Source: an uncultured beta proteobacterium
GTDB taxonomy: Bacteria; Pseudomonadota; Gammaproteobacteria; Burkholderiales; Burkholderiaceae
Length of the DNA: 64,000 nt
Assembly (NCBI GenBank): GCA_903935355.1
Contig: CAIZRK010000032.1
Span: 40,661-104,660, forward strand
Direction of reading: 5' to 3'
In this document: positions 51,896-60,404 of the stretch, one piece after another
Layout of the letters: the number at the start of each line of letters is the position of its first letter
Numbering within the stretch: position 1 is the first letter of the stretch
Notes under the pieces: generated by a model
What the model was told of the DNA's origin: nothing
The model's database searches: none
Seen by the model: only the letters and a program-made list of their open reading frames with translations
Made by a program: the position numbers and the translations under genes

Positions 51896-54367
51896 TTAAA
51901 TCTCACGTAAGCATTCAACGGCGGTAGCATTTTGAACTTTTCGGGTAAAACAATATCCCGCCAAGATGCAAGCTATCACCCCAAATGCCATCCCCATGGC
52001 AACGGATTGGGCAAAAGCATTAAATTCAATTTCTAGGATGAAGCGTCCTAATGCCCAAGCGGCTACGCTAGATGCTAATCCTGCAAGTATCCCAGCAATT
52101 AATCCAATTAGCACTAACTCTGCATTGGCGATATTGACTAAGCTTTTACGAGATGCCCCAATGGCCTTTAAAAGAGCTGCGTTTCGATATCGTTCATCTT
52201 GCGTAGCAGAGATCGACGCTATTAAAACTAAAATTGCGGCGGCAATCGTGAATGCAAATAGCAATCCCAAAGCAGAAGCTAGGCGATTTAATACTTCCTG
52301 AATCTGCTCAAGAGAGACCGCCACATCCACTACGGTCAAATTGGGATAAGTTTGAGTCAACTGATAATCCAAGGTAGTTTGATTGGGGACTTGGTAATAA
52401 GATGTAATCCAGGACTGTGGCATTCCTTTTAATTGCGCCGGTGGAAAAATGACAAAGAAATTAACCTGCATAGATCCCCAATCAAGTTTTCGCAAGGAAG
52501 TAATTGGTGCAGTAATTTTTTCTCCAGCAACCTCAAATGTCATTTGATCGCCTAATTTGAGCTTAAGTGTTTTAGCAATTCCCATTTCTAAAGAAATTTG
52601 TGGGCTATCTCCATCAATCCACTGACCAGAAGTCACCCGATTACCCTGAGGTAAGTCTTGGGTATAGGACAAATTAAACTCCCTGTCCACTAGCCGACGA
52701 GCATTTTCTTCAGCGTAATCAATAGGCGCTATGCTACGCCCATTAAGCTCTATCAAGCGTCCACGGATCATGGGATAAAAAGTGGGAGTAGCGGACCCTG
52801 CAGCAATTAAGGTTTGAGTAATAGCCTGTTTTTGCTCTGCCTGTACATTGATCATGAATCGATTAGGGGCATCAGCTGGTATATTTCCTTGCCAAGTGGC
52901 TAGTAAATCTTGGCGCAAAAGCAAGATGATTAATAGCGCCATTAAGGCAATGCCAAGCGAAGTTACTTGCATAACTACAAAACCAGCGCGACGAGCTTGG
53001 ATAGTTAATACAAACCGCCAAGCAAAATTTTTCGGACGTAAATAGCTCAGGATACGCAATATCAACCAGGCTAAGAGTGCAAATACAAGTACAGCGCCTC
53101 CAAAACTTAAGCCAACCCAAGCAGCCAATTTCCAATCTCGAGCTGCAATAGCAATTAAGCTAGCGCTAGTCAGAATCCCAAATAAAGCAACCCACACTGC
53201 TTTAACAGTAACACCATCGAATTCTTTTCGAACTAAACGAATGGGTGATACGGTTACCAGACTGAATAATGCAGGTCCAGCAAAACCTAGCAACAATATC
53301 CAGGAAAATAAAATACTCCACACCAATGGTAAAGCAGAAACTGTGGGCAAGTCGGTCATGATTAAATTACCCAACAGCCCCATTAATAGCTCTTGTACCG
53401 CATACCCAATTACAACCCCAATCAGAGCAGACAGCATCCCCAAGCTAAATAAGGTCTTAATTTGCCGTCTTAATATCTGCGCTTGACTTGCTCCAAAACA
53501 TTTCATAACCGCACAGACATCGGCTTGCTTTAAAACGTAACGTCGCGCTGATAAAGCGATTGCTACTGCAGCTACCATGGCAGTTAAGAGCGCAATTAAG
53601 GATAAAAAGCGCTCTGCCCGCTCTAAAGTCTTGCGCATCAGAGGTTGGGCGTTTTCTAAAGTTTCAATCCGCAAACCTCTTAGGCTTTCTAATTCAATGT
53701 AACGAGTAGCCCACTTTTCATATGCGGCAATTGCCTCATCCGATCCAGATAAAAGTAAACGGTAGGTTACGCGACTGCCAAGTCCGATTAAACCAGTAGT
53801 TGGCAAATCCTCTAAAGACATCATGACGCGGGGGGCAAAATTCATAAACCCAGCGCCACGATCAAGTTCGCGCAATAGGACTCCACTAATAACAAATTTT
53901 TGCTCGCCCAAACTCATCTGCTGGCCCACTTGGGCATTTAAGCTAGCTAGCATGGCGGGGTCCACCCATACAGATCCCTGCGCCGGCCCTTGAGAGTTGT
54001 GGGTGCTAGCGGGCTTTACCAACAGATTGCCGCGTAGAGGGTAAGTAGGGCTAACTGCCTTAAGTGAGCTCAGCTTACTTTGAGCCCCTACAGTGGCCAT
54101 GCTTGGAAAAACTACCGTTTGAGCAATTAGGAGTTGGCGATCTTTTGCCTCTTTAATCAAACGTGGTGGTAAGGGTTGATCTGCCACCAAAAGCAAATCA
54201 GCCGCAAGTAACTGTCGTGCATCAAACTGAAAGGCTCTTTGCATACGATCGGCTAAAAAACTGACGCTCGATAGCGCCGCTACAGAGAGTGTCAATGCAA
54301 TAAACAGCCAAGCTAATTCACTAGATCGCAAATCCCTTAGCAAACCTCGATAGAGGCTAAAGAGCAC
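51896..54367 (-). CDS. FtsX-family ABC transporter permease with duplicated FtsX domains (YbbP-like)
   Basis: 823-aa ORF with two 4-TM FtsX-type modules separated by large periplasmic regions. The N-terminus (LRSSELAWLFIALTLSVAALSSVSFLADRMQRAF) parallels E. coli YbbP. It has a GTG start 5 nt after the SDR stop. Confidence 0.8.
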   Translation of the reverse strand: MLFSLYRGLLRDLRSSELAWLFIALTLSVAALSSVSFLADRMQRAFQFDARQLLAADLLLVADQPLPPRLIKEAKDRQLLIAQTVVFPSMATVGAQSKLSSLKAVSPTYPLRGNLLVKPASTHNSQGPAQGSVWVDPAMLASLNAQVGQQMSLGEQKFVISGVLLRELDRGAGFMNFAPRVMMSLEDLPTTGLIGLGSRVTYRLLLSGSDEAIAAYEKWATRYIELESLRGLRIETLENAQPLMRKTLERAERFLSLIALLTAMVAAVAIALSARRYVLKQADVCAVMKCFGASQAQILRRQIKTLFSLGMLSALIGVVIGYAVQELLMGLLGNLIMTDLPTVSALPLVWSILFSWILLLGFAGPALFSLVTVSPIRLVRKEFDGVTVKAVWVALFGILTSASLIAIAARDWKLAAWVGLSFGGAVLVFALLAWLILRILSYLRPKNFAWRFVLTIQARRAGFVVMQVTSLGIALMALLIILLLRQDLLATWQGNIPADAPNRFMINVQAEQKQAITQTLIAAGSATPTFYPMIRGRLIELNGRSIAPIDYAEENARRLVDREFNLSYTQDLPQGNRVTSGQWIDGDSPQISLEMGIAKTLKLKLGDQMTFEVAGEKITAPITSLRKLDWGSMQVNFFVIFPPAQLKGMPQSWITSYYQVPNQTTLDYQLTQTYPNLTVVDVAVSLEQIQEVLNRLASALGLLFAFTIAAAILVLIASISATQDERYRNAALLKAIGASRKSLVNIANAELVLIGLIAGILAGLASSVAAWALGRFILEIEFNAFAQSVAMGMAFGVIACILAGYCFTRKVQNATAVECLREI

Positions 54368-54372
54368 TGGGC

Positions 54373-55158
54373 TTAAATCGCTTGTATCTGGCCACCGTCA
54401 ACACGTATGACTGAGCCAGTGATGAAAGAAGCATTCTGACTTGCCAAGAATGCAGCAGTATCACCATATTCTTTTGGATTGCCATAGCGAGCCATCGGAA
54501 TCTGATTTAGACTCAATTGCACCGCTGCTTCATAGCTAATTCCTTCGCGTAAAGAACGTGCTTCATCTAGCTGACGCAAGCGATCAGTCGCAACTCTACC
54601 TGGCATGATGACATTAACTGTCACTCCATCTGCAGCCACTTCAGAAGATAAAGTTTTTGACCAAGCTAATAAAGCTGCTCGTAAAGTATTGGAGATGGCT
54701 AAATTTTTAATTGGAGCAATCGCACCGGAAGTAGTGCTCGTAATAATGCGCCCCCATTGGCGTTGCCGCATACCCGGCAATACTCGATCAGTAATGCTAA
54801 TTAAAGATAAAACCATGTCATTAAAGCTTTTTTGCCAAAGTGCTGGATCTTGGCCAGCAGCAGTAGTGGGAAGTGGCCCACCAGTATTGTTAATCAAGAT
54901 ATCAATAGGACCCAACTCATTTTCAACACGAGTAACGAGGCGATCAATCAAGGATGCATCCGAAATGTCCCAAGTTAGAGCTAAAGCAGTCCCACCTACC
55001 GCCTCAATCATTTGCACAGATTGTTTAAGTCCTTCTAAATTACGACCTGTAATCGCAACCTTTACACCCTCGTGAGCTAAAGAAACTGCCATAGCCTGAC
55101 CTAAGCCACGGCTCGAAGCCATGACTAATGCCACCTTACCTGTAATTCCTAAATCCAT
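54373..55158 (-). CDS. SDR-family oxidoreductase
   Basis: 261-aa ORF with GKVALVMASSRGLGQAMA (Rossmann glycine motif) and NNTGG. It is of the classical short-chain dehydrogenase type. Confidence 0.85.
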   Translation of the reverse strand: MDLGITGKVALVMASSRGLGQAMAVSLAHEGVKVAITGRNLEGLKQSVQMIEAVGGTALALTWDISDASLIDRLVTRVENELGPIDILINNTGGPLPTTAAGQDPALWQKSFNDMVLSLISITDRVLPGMRQRQWGRIITSTTSGAIAPIKNLAISNTLRAALLAWSKTLSSEVAADGVTVNVIMPGRVATDRLRQLDEARSLREGISYEAAVQLSLNQIPMARYGNPKEYGDTAAFLASQNASFITGSVIRVDGGQIQAI

Positions 55159-55211
55159 GTCTTCTCCACTGATAACTTTTTTATTTTTTAGTTTCTATAG
55201 CTAATTAGCTC

Positions 55212-56204
55212 TTAATCAATTTGTAATTTTTGCTTAGCCACCACATCTTTATAAACCGTATATTCCGCAACAATTTCTTTCGAAAATGCCTCGGGGCCAT
55301 TCACATTCATTAAAGAGCCGGTATCTTCAATACGTTTACGAACTGCAGGATCAGTCACTACTTTTTGGACAGCAGCATAGATCTTGTCCACTACATCCTT
55401 GGGCATACCGGCAGGGCCTAAGAGGCCGTAGTACGCCATTCGATTAACTGGAGGCAATCCTACTTCAGCAAAGGTGGGCACGTTAGGTAGTTGAGCTAGG
55501 CGTTTTGGAGCAGCTACTACTACAGGAATTAACTTGCCATCTTTAATAAAAGGCAAAGCCGAAGGTAAATTATCGAAAATCATCGGAACTTGTCCGCCCA
55601 CGGTATCAGCCAAGGCAGGTCCTGCCCCACGATAAGGAATATGCACAATATAAACCCCCGCCAAGCTTTTAAATAACTCCATCTGTAAATGCCCAATGCC
55701 ACCCGTACCTGAGCTGGCATAAGAGTATTTCCCAGGATGATCTTTTAATTGAGCTAAAAAGGTTTTGTAATCTTTTGCGGGAAAGGAGGGGTTTACAGCA
55801 ATCACATTAGGTGTTTCTGCGATATTAGTAATGGGAGAAAAATCTTTTAGCGGGTCGTAGCCAATTTTTGGATTAATCGCTGGATTAGCTGCAGTGGTAG
55901 ATACTGTTGCCATACCGATGATGTAGCCATCTTTAGGGGCGCGTATCACCTCTAGTGCTCCTATTGAGCCGCCTCCGCCTGCTTTATTTTCGACAATAAC
56001 CGATTGACCCAATTGACGCCCGAGTGGATCGGCAATTGCACGCGCAATGATATCTGTACTTCCGCCTGGGGCAAACGGCACAATTAAGCGTATTGGTTTA
56101 GTTGGAAAAGTTTGCGCTAAAACAGAGCAGCCCAAACTGAAACCCAGTGTCGCAACACCCAACCGAACTACCCTGGGAATGAATGAATCAAAGGTAAATG
56201 GCAT
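55212..56204 (-). CDS. Bug-family (TctC-like) tripartite tricarboxylate transporter substrate-binding protein
   Basis: Has a signal peptide followed by FPTKPIRLIVPFAPGGSTDIIARAIADPLGRQLGQSVIVENKAGGGGSIG, the hallmark Bug/TctC N-terminal block. Confidence 0.88.
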   Translation of the reverse strand: MPFTFDSFIPRVVRLGVATLGFSLGCSVLAQTFPTKPIRLIVPFAPGGSTDIIARAIADPLGRQLGQSVIVENKAGGGGSIGALEVIRAPKDGYIIGMATVSTTAANPAINPKIGYDPLKDFSPITNIAETPNVIAVNPSFPAKDYKTFLAQLKDHPGKYSYASSGTGGIGHLQMELFKSLAGVYIVHIPYRGAGPALADTVGGQVPMIFDNLPSALPFIKDGKLIPVVVAAPKRLAQLPNVPTFAEVGLPPVNRMAYYGLLGPAGMPKDVVDKIYAAVQKVVTDPAVRKRIEDTGSLMNVNGPEAFSKEIVAEYTVYKDVVAKQKLQID

Positions 56205-56209
56205 GATAG

Positions 56210-56866
56210 TTAACGTCCTAAAGGAGTGGGCAAATTACCAGCATACTTATACAACTGAACTTCGTATTGGCTCAAAATATCTGCCAAGGCTTCCTGCTGA
56301 CCTAATACTAGGGCTGCAGGTGTATTGTCCTTCAAAGCTACACGCTTAGAGTAGCGATTGGTACCAATGACTGGATTAGTTTTGGCGCCATTAGTTACTG
56401 TCAGGAAAAATTCAATAGTCACTACAGCTTCTGGGCGAACACGGTAGTCGCCATAAAAATCTTCTACTGTTGCCTGCAAGGTGTAATAAGGGAAAAAGCT
56501 GTTGCCCTGCCCTACGGTCATTGCAAAAATATGGGCGTTATTCATCCACTGACGAGTAGCATTACCCACCATCTCATTGGGCAGTGATGAGTAAATATTG
56601 TAAAAGTCTTTTTCGTATCGTTGATCACCCAATCGATATACCAAGGACTTGCCATCAAACGGGGGCGTGGTTGTTACCGATCCCATCTTAAGCCAGATCT
56701 CTGTCCTCGGACTCAAGGGTCTGCCCGTTCGCTCTGGCGCAACCATCCAGCTAGTAGTCTCAATGGGGGGGCGGCTAGGCAAAGAGCACGAATTTAAGAT
56801 CAAAATAGATAAGATACCAATGAAGAACTTCAAAAGTCTTGATTTATTCATTAATTGAGTTCTCAT
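56210..56866 (-). CDS. ABC-type transport auxiliary lipoprotein (DUF330/PqiC-like)
   Basis: Has a lipobox (LILNSCS), is about 200 aa, and lies immediately downstream of an MCE protein with a 4-nt overlap. This is the usual context of PqiC-like lipoproteins. Confidence 0.7.
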   Translation of the reverse strand: MRTQLMNKSRLLKFFIGILSILILNSCSLPSRPPIETTSWMVAPERTGRPLSPRTEIWLKMGSVTTTPPFDGKSLVYRLGDQRYEKDFYNIYSSLPNEMVGNATRQWMNNAHIFAMTVGQGNSFFPYYTLQATVEDFYGDYRVRPEAVVTIEFFLTVTNGAKTNPVIGTNRYSKRVALKDNTPAALVLGQQEALADILSQYEVQLYKYAGNLPTPLGR

Positions 56867-57777
56867 TTTTGCACCCCATTCATAGGAGGCGTAATTTTGA
56901 CTGGGGGCTCACCCCATATTAAAGTCGATGGAGATTGGCTAGCAATACGGGAAAACTCATTTAGCTGCTCACTAGCCTGCTTAATATTCTCAAAGGTAGC
57001 AGTGGTATCGCCTTGAATACTGCTCACTGTCTGACGCAGTGAGACCATGGTAGCCACCAATTCACGCATGAGAATATTTAACTGCTCTTTGTCGGTTACT
57101 TTAGCAACACGATCTAACAAGACATTTAAATTCTTAACAGAAGTGATTAGGCCGTCATTATTTTTTCCGTCCCCAGCCATCAGAATATTGAGATTTGCCA
57201 AAAGAGCATCAAATTTCTTTTGAGTTCCATCCACATTTAATTCATTTAATGCACTAAGGAGCTTTTGAATCCCAGAAATAATTTCATCAGCCTGATTAGG
57301 CATTGAGGGAACGACAGGATATTCAGGTTGCCAAGAAAAGGGTAGCTCAGGGTAATGACTTGCTGAAGGACTAAAGTCAAACTCAATATAATTAACTCCA
57401 GTTATTCCCATGGATTTAACTCGAGCGCGTAAATTATTTTTAATTAATCCTGAAAAATCTTCAGAATCAACGCTGTCACCAAAAATATGCATGCGGACAA
57501 CCACATACTCACGTCGATCTAATAATGGAATTTCTTTTTCATAAACGTCACCAGTCAAACCAATCAAAGTGACTTGGCCCACTTTAACCCCCCGAAAGCG
57601 GACTGCTGCCCCAGTATCTAAACCGGTGACAGATTGCTTAATATAGGTTTCAACCGTAAATGATTTTTTAAAGAACTTTCCAGAACCAAAAATCAGTATG
57701 ATGGCGATCAAAACGCCAATCGCACCAAGGACAAAAATACCTAAACGAAAATAATTAGGGTTAGTGTTATTACTCAT
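56863..57777 (-). CDS. MlaD/MCE-domain protein with C-terminal helical extension
   Basis: Has an N-terminal TM segment and an MCE block (VTGLDTGAAVRFRGVKVGQVTLIGL), followed by about 130 aa of helical or coiled-coil-like sequence. Confidence 0.85.
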   Translation of the reverse strand: MSNNTNPNYFRLGIFVLGAIGVLIAIILIFGSGKFFKKSFTVETYIKQSVTGLDTGAAVRFRGVKVGQVTLIGLTGDVYEKEIPLLDRREYVVVRMHIFGDSVDSEDFSGLIKNNLRARVKSMGITGVNYIEFDFSPSASHYPELPFSWQPEYPVVPSMPNQADEIISGIQKLLSALNELNVDGTQKKFDALLANLNILMAGDGKNNDGLITSVKNLNVLLDRVAKVTDKEQLNILMRELVATMVSLRQTVSSIQGDTTATFENIKQASEQLNEFSRIASQSPSTLIWGEPPVKITPPMNGVQK

Positions 57778-58541
57778 GCTGCTTCCTTGCTCATAATACG
57801 ATTAAAGAATTGATGCACTCTAGGATCTTTGCTGGTGTCTCTTAATACTTTGGGATCACCCTCGGCAATGATGCCCTTAGCGTCCTTGTCTAGCATAATA
57901 ACTTTATCCGCAATGGAATAAATACTCGCTAATTCATGTGACACTATCACAAAAGTAAAGCCTAAGTTTTTGGATAAATCTAAAATCGTACTATCGAGAT
58001 CGGCGGAAGTTATGGGATCTAGTCCTGCTGAAGGCTCATCTAAGAATAGGATTTTAGGATCTAAGGCCATGGCCCTTGCAATCGCGGCCCTTTTTTGCAT
58101 GCCGCCACTAATCTCACTAGGCATATAGGACTCATACGGCAGCAAACCCACTAAATCTAATTTACAACGGGCTAACAAATTCATTTGATCTTTGGTAAGT
58201 TCAGTGTATTCCTCCATAAATAGCGTCACGTTATCGAGCAAATTCATGGAACCAAATAATGCACCTTGCTGATACATCACACCAAAGCTCGTCATAATTT
58301 TTTGTCGCTCGATACCATAAGCGGTTGTAATATTCTGCCCTTCGATCCATACATCACCTGACATAGGTTGGTATAAACCAAAAAGGTTTTTAAGAAGGCT
58401 AGACTTACCGCACCCGGAGCCACCAAGAATGACAAAAATCTCGCCAGTGCTTACTGAGAAATTAAGGTTCTGTAAAAGTACATTAGTGCCATAGCCCACA
58501 GTGAGATTTTGCACATCAATGGCATTCGTAATCGCATCCAT
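57774..58541 (-). CDS. MlaF-like ABC transporter ATP-binding protein
   Basis: Has Walker A GGSGCGKSS, the signature ISGGMQKRAAIARAM and Walker B LFLDEPSAGLD. Confidence 0.92.
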   Translation of the reverse strand: MDAITNAIDVQNLTVGYGTNVLLQNLNFSVSTGEIFVILGGSGCGKSSLLKNLFGLYQPMSGDVWIEGQNITTAYGIERQKIMTSFGVMYQQGALFGSMNLLDNVTLFMEEYTELTKDQMNLLARCKLDLVGLLPYESYMPSEISGGMQKRAAIARAMALDPKILFLDEPSAGLDPITSADLDSTILDLSKNLGFTFVIVSHELASIYSIADKVIMLDKDAKGIIAEGDPKVLRDTSKDPRVHQFFNRIMSKEAA

Positions 58542-59719
58542 CAGAAACCCGTCCTGTATGAGATGTAGGCAAAGATACCGTCTACCAATACAATCATTAC
58601 GATACTACTGACTACTGCACGCGTCGCAGAGATACCAACTGCCGCTGCACCAGTACCGGTTTGCATTCCGCGTAAACAACCTACTGCAGAAATCACCACA
58701 CCAAACAAAGTGGCTTTAATTAGGCCAGATAAAATATCCTCAATATCAACGGCTGCCAACATACCATTATAAAAATTAATAAATGGGATGCCATAAGCTA
58801 GCATAGTAATCATTGAGGAAAAAATACTGACTATGTCAGCATACAAAGTTAAAATTGGTGCCACTAAAATTCCTGCAAGCACCCGTGGCACGACCAAAAA
58901 ACGAATCGGACTTAAGCCCCCAGTGACTAATGCATCGACTTCGCTGTTCACCGTCATGGTGCCAATTTCTGCAGCAAATGCCGCCGACGAGCGCCCTGCC
59001 AGCAAGATGGCTGTTATCAAAGGCCCCATTTCTCTCACAATGCCAAGTGCTGCTAACGGCCCCACAAAAGAGACAGCGCCAAACTGCTGCATACCAATGG
59101 CCGCTTGAAACGACAAAATTACGCCAATTAAAAAAGCGACCAGGCCAACAATCGGCAAAGCAGCAATGCCCGCCTCAACTGCAGCATTGACAAAATCACC
59201 CCACCGTACTTGTCTAATATGGCAGATGGACCAAACCAAATCTGCAGCAAGATGTCCTGTAAAAGTAATCAGCCCTCGAGCATCATCTAAAAGATCCTGA
59301 GTTGCCATCCCTGTACTGACAATAAATCCTAGCTTTTTTTTTAGAATCGGGGCTGGAAAGAGATTGGCAATTGGATCAAACTCATGCAAAAGCGGTTGAT
59401 ATTTTGGATCCAAACCAGAAATTGCAAAATGACCGCCCATTTTTTGCTGAGCTTCTTCTACGTCAATAAGGAATGCAAATGCTGATCCATCTAAGGAGCT
59501 CACCTTCGAGGCATCAAAGATCAATGATTGAGGTTTGCCACCGCCCCGTTCTAGCCAAGCAGTTTGCTTTTGGCGAATCTCCGTCCATATCCCTGCCAAG
59601 GAGTACACATTCACCTGACCACATAAGGACACCATGGCATGGTAGTCATCAGTTTGTGACCATATCGCCACTGGCGTAACTTCAGGCGAAGAATTGGGAT
59701 CAGAAGGGCTCATAGACAA
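58541..59719 (-). CDS. MlaE-family ABC permease with N-terminal STAS (MlaB-like) domain
   Basis: The C-terminal ~260 aa match MlaE blocks (GIVREMGPLITAILLAGRSSAAFAAEIGTMTVNSEVDAL). The N-terminal ~120 aa look like a STAS domain (LCGQVNVYSLAGIW...LIFDASKVSSLDGSAFAFLIDVE). Confidence 0.82.
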   Translation of the reverse strand: MSMSPSDPNSSPEVTPVAIWSQTDDYHAMVSLCGQVNVYSLAGIWTEIRQKQTAWLERGGGKPQSLIFDASKVSSLDGSAFAFLIDVEEAQQKMGGHFAISGLDPKYQPLLHEFDPIANLFPAPILKKKLGFIVSTGMATQDLLDDARGLITFTGHLAADLVWSICHIRQVRWGDFVNAAVEAGIAALPIVGLVAFLIGVILSFQAAIGMQQFGAVSFVGPLAALGIVREMGPLITAILLAGRSSAAFAAEIGTMTVNSEVDALVTGGLSPIRFLVVPRVLAGILVAPILTLYADIVSIFSSMITMLAYGIPFINFYNGMLAAVDIEDILSGLIKATLFGVVISAVGCLRGMQTGTGAAAVGISATRAVVSSIVMIVLVDGIFAYISYRTGF

Positions 59720-59761
59720 ACTATAAGGTATCTCAATGAAATTGCCATGAAAAATGCACCA

Positions 59762-59795
59762 AAAGTAAAAGGGCCCAGTCTTTCAACTAGGCCCC
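59762..59795 (-). terminator. possible terminator after tRNA-Arg
   Basis: GC stem gggcc (59771-75) / ggccc (59790-94) plus an inner 3-bp agt/act helix. On the minus strand it is followed by TTTTACTTTT. The stem is short, so this is tentative. Confidence 0.45.
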
Positions 59796-59804
59796 TAAAT
59801 AGGT

Positions 59805-59881
59805 TGGTGCGGCTGGCAGGAATTGAACCCACGACCCCTTGGTTCGTAGCCAAGTACTCTATCCAGCTGAGCTACAGCCGC
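59805..59881 (-). tRNA. tRNA-Arg (anticodon ACG), CCA encoded
   Basis: The reverse complement reads GCGGCTGTAGCTCAGCTGGATAGAGTACTTGGCTACGAACCAAGGGGTCGTGGGTTCAATTCCTGCCAGCCGCACCA. It has a perfect acceptor stem, an E. coli-like D arm and an anticodon loop CTACGAA. The T-stem has two adjacent G-U pairs. Confidence 0.9.
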
Positions 59882-59899
59882 AACAGCCATAATTATGCC

Positions 59900-60400
59900 A
59901 TGGAAGAGAAGAACTACATCACACCCGCCGGTCATGAGCGTATTAAAACCGAGCTTTTGCAACTTCTGAACCTTGATCGGCCTGAAGTAGTAAAAGTAGT
60001 GCACTGGGCTGCCTCGAATGGCGATCGCTCAGAAAATGGGGATTATATCTACGGAAAAAAGCGCCTTCGGGAGATAGACCGTCGTATTCGCTTTCTGAAT
60101 CAACGATTGGAATTTGCTGTAGTGGTAGATAATGGCGCCAGAAAATCAGGGGATCTTGATGCGATGCAAGTGTTTTTTGGGGCTACTGTGACCTATTCCA
60201 ACCTAGAAGGAGATGATTATGGAAAAGAAACTTCTATCACCATTGTGGGAGTTGATGAAGTTGATTTAGACCAAGGTTATGTCAGTTGGGTCTCTCCGAT
60301 TGCTAAAGCCTTAATTAAGGCACGTTTAGGTGACTGCGTAAAGATTCAAACTCCAACTGGCCCTACTGAAATAGAAATATTAAACGTCGAATATCGCTAA
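59900..60400 (+). CDS. greB: transcription elongation/cleavage factor GreB
   Basis: Starts MEEKNYITPAGHERIKTELLQLL...VHWAASNGDRSENGDYIYGKKRLREIDRRIRFL, collinear with E. coli GreB. The track ORF's 51-codon upstream extension runs across the tRNA gene and is rejected. Confidence 0.9.
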   Translation: MEEKNYITPAGHERIKTELLQLLNLDRPEVVKVVHWAASNGDRSENGDYIYGKKRLREIDRRIRFLNQRLEFAVVVDNGARKSGDLDAMQVFFGATVTYSNLEGDDYGKETSITIVGVDEVDLDQGYVSWVSPIAKALIKARLGDCVKIQTPTGPTEIEILNVEYR

Positions 60401-60404
60401 TAAG

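Noticed and set aside
59747-59899. N-terminal 51-codon extension of the greB ORF
   Set aside because: It reads straight through the antisense strand of tRNA-Arg. Homology to GreB begins at the ATG at 59900.
59720-59900. tRNA-Arg as an integration hotspot or genomic-island boundary
   Set aside because: I found no integrase, no direct repeat of the tRNA 3' end, and no phage or IS genes on either side. The flanking genes are conserved housekeeping or envelope genes.
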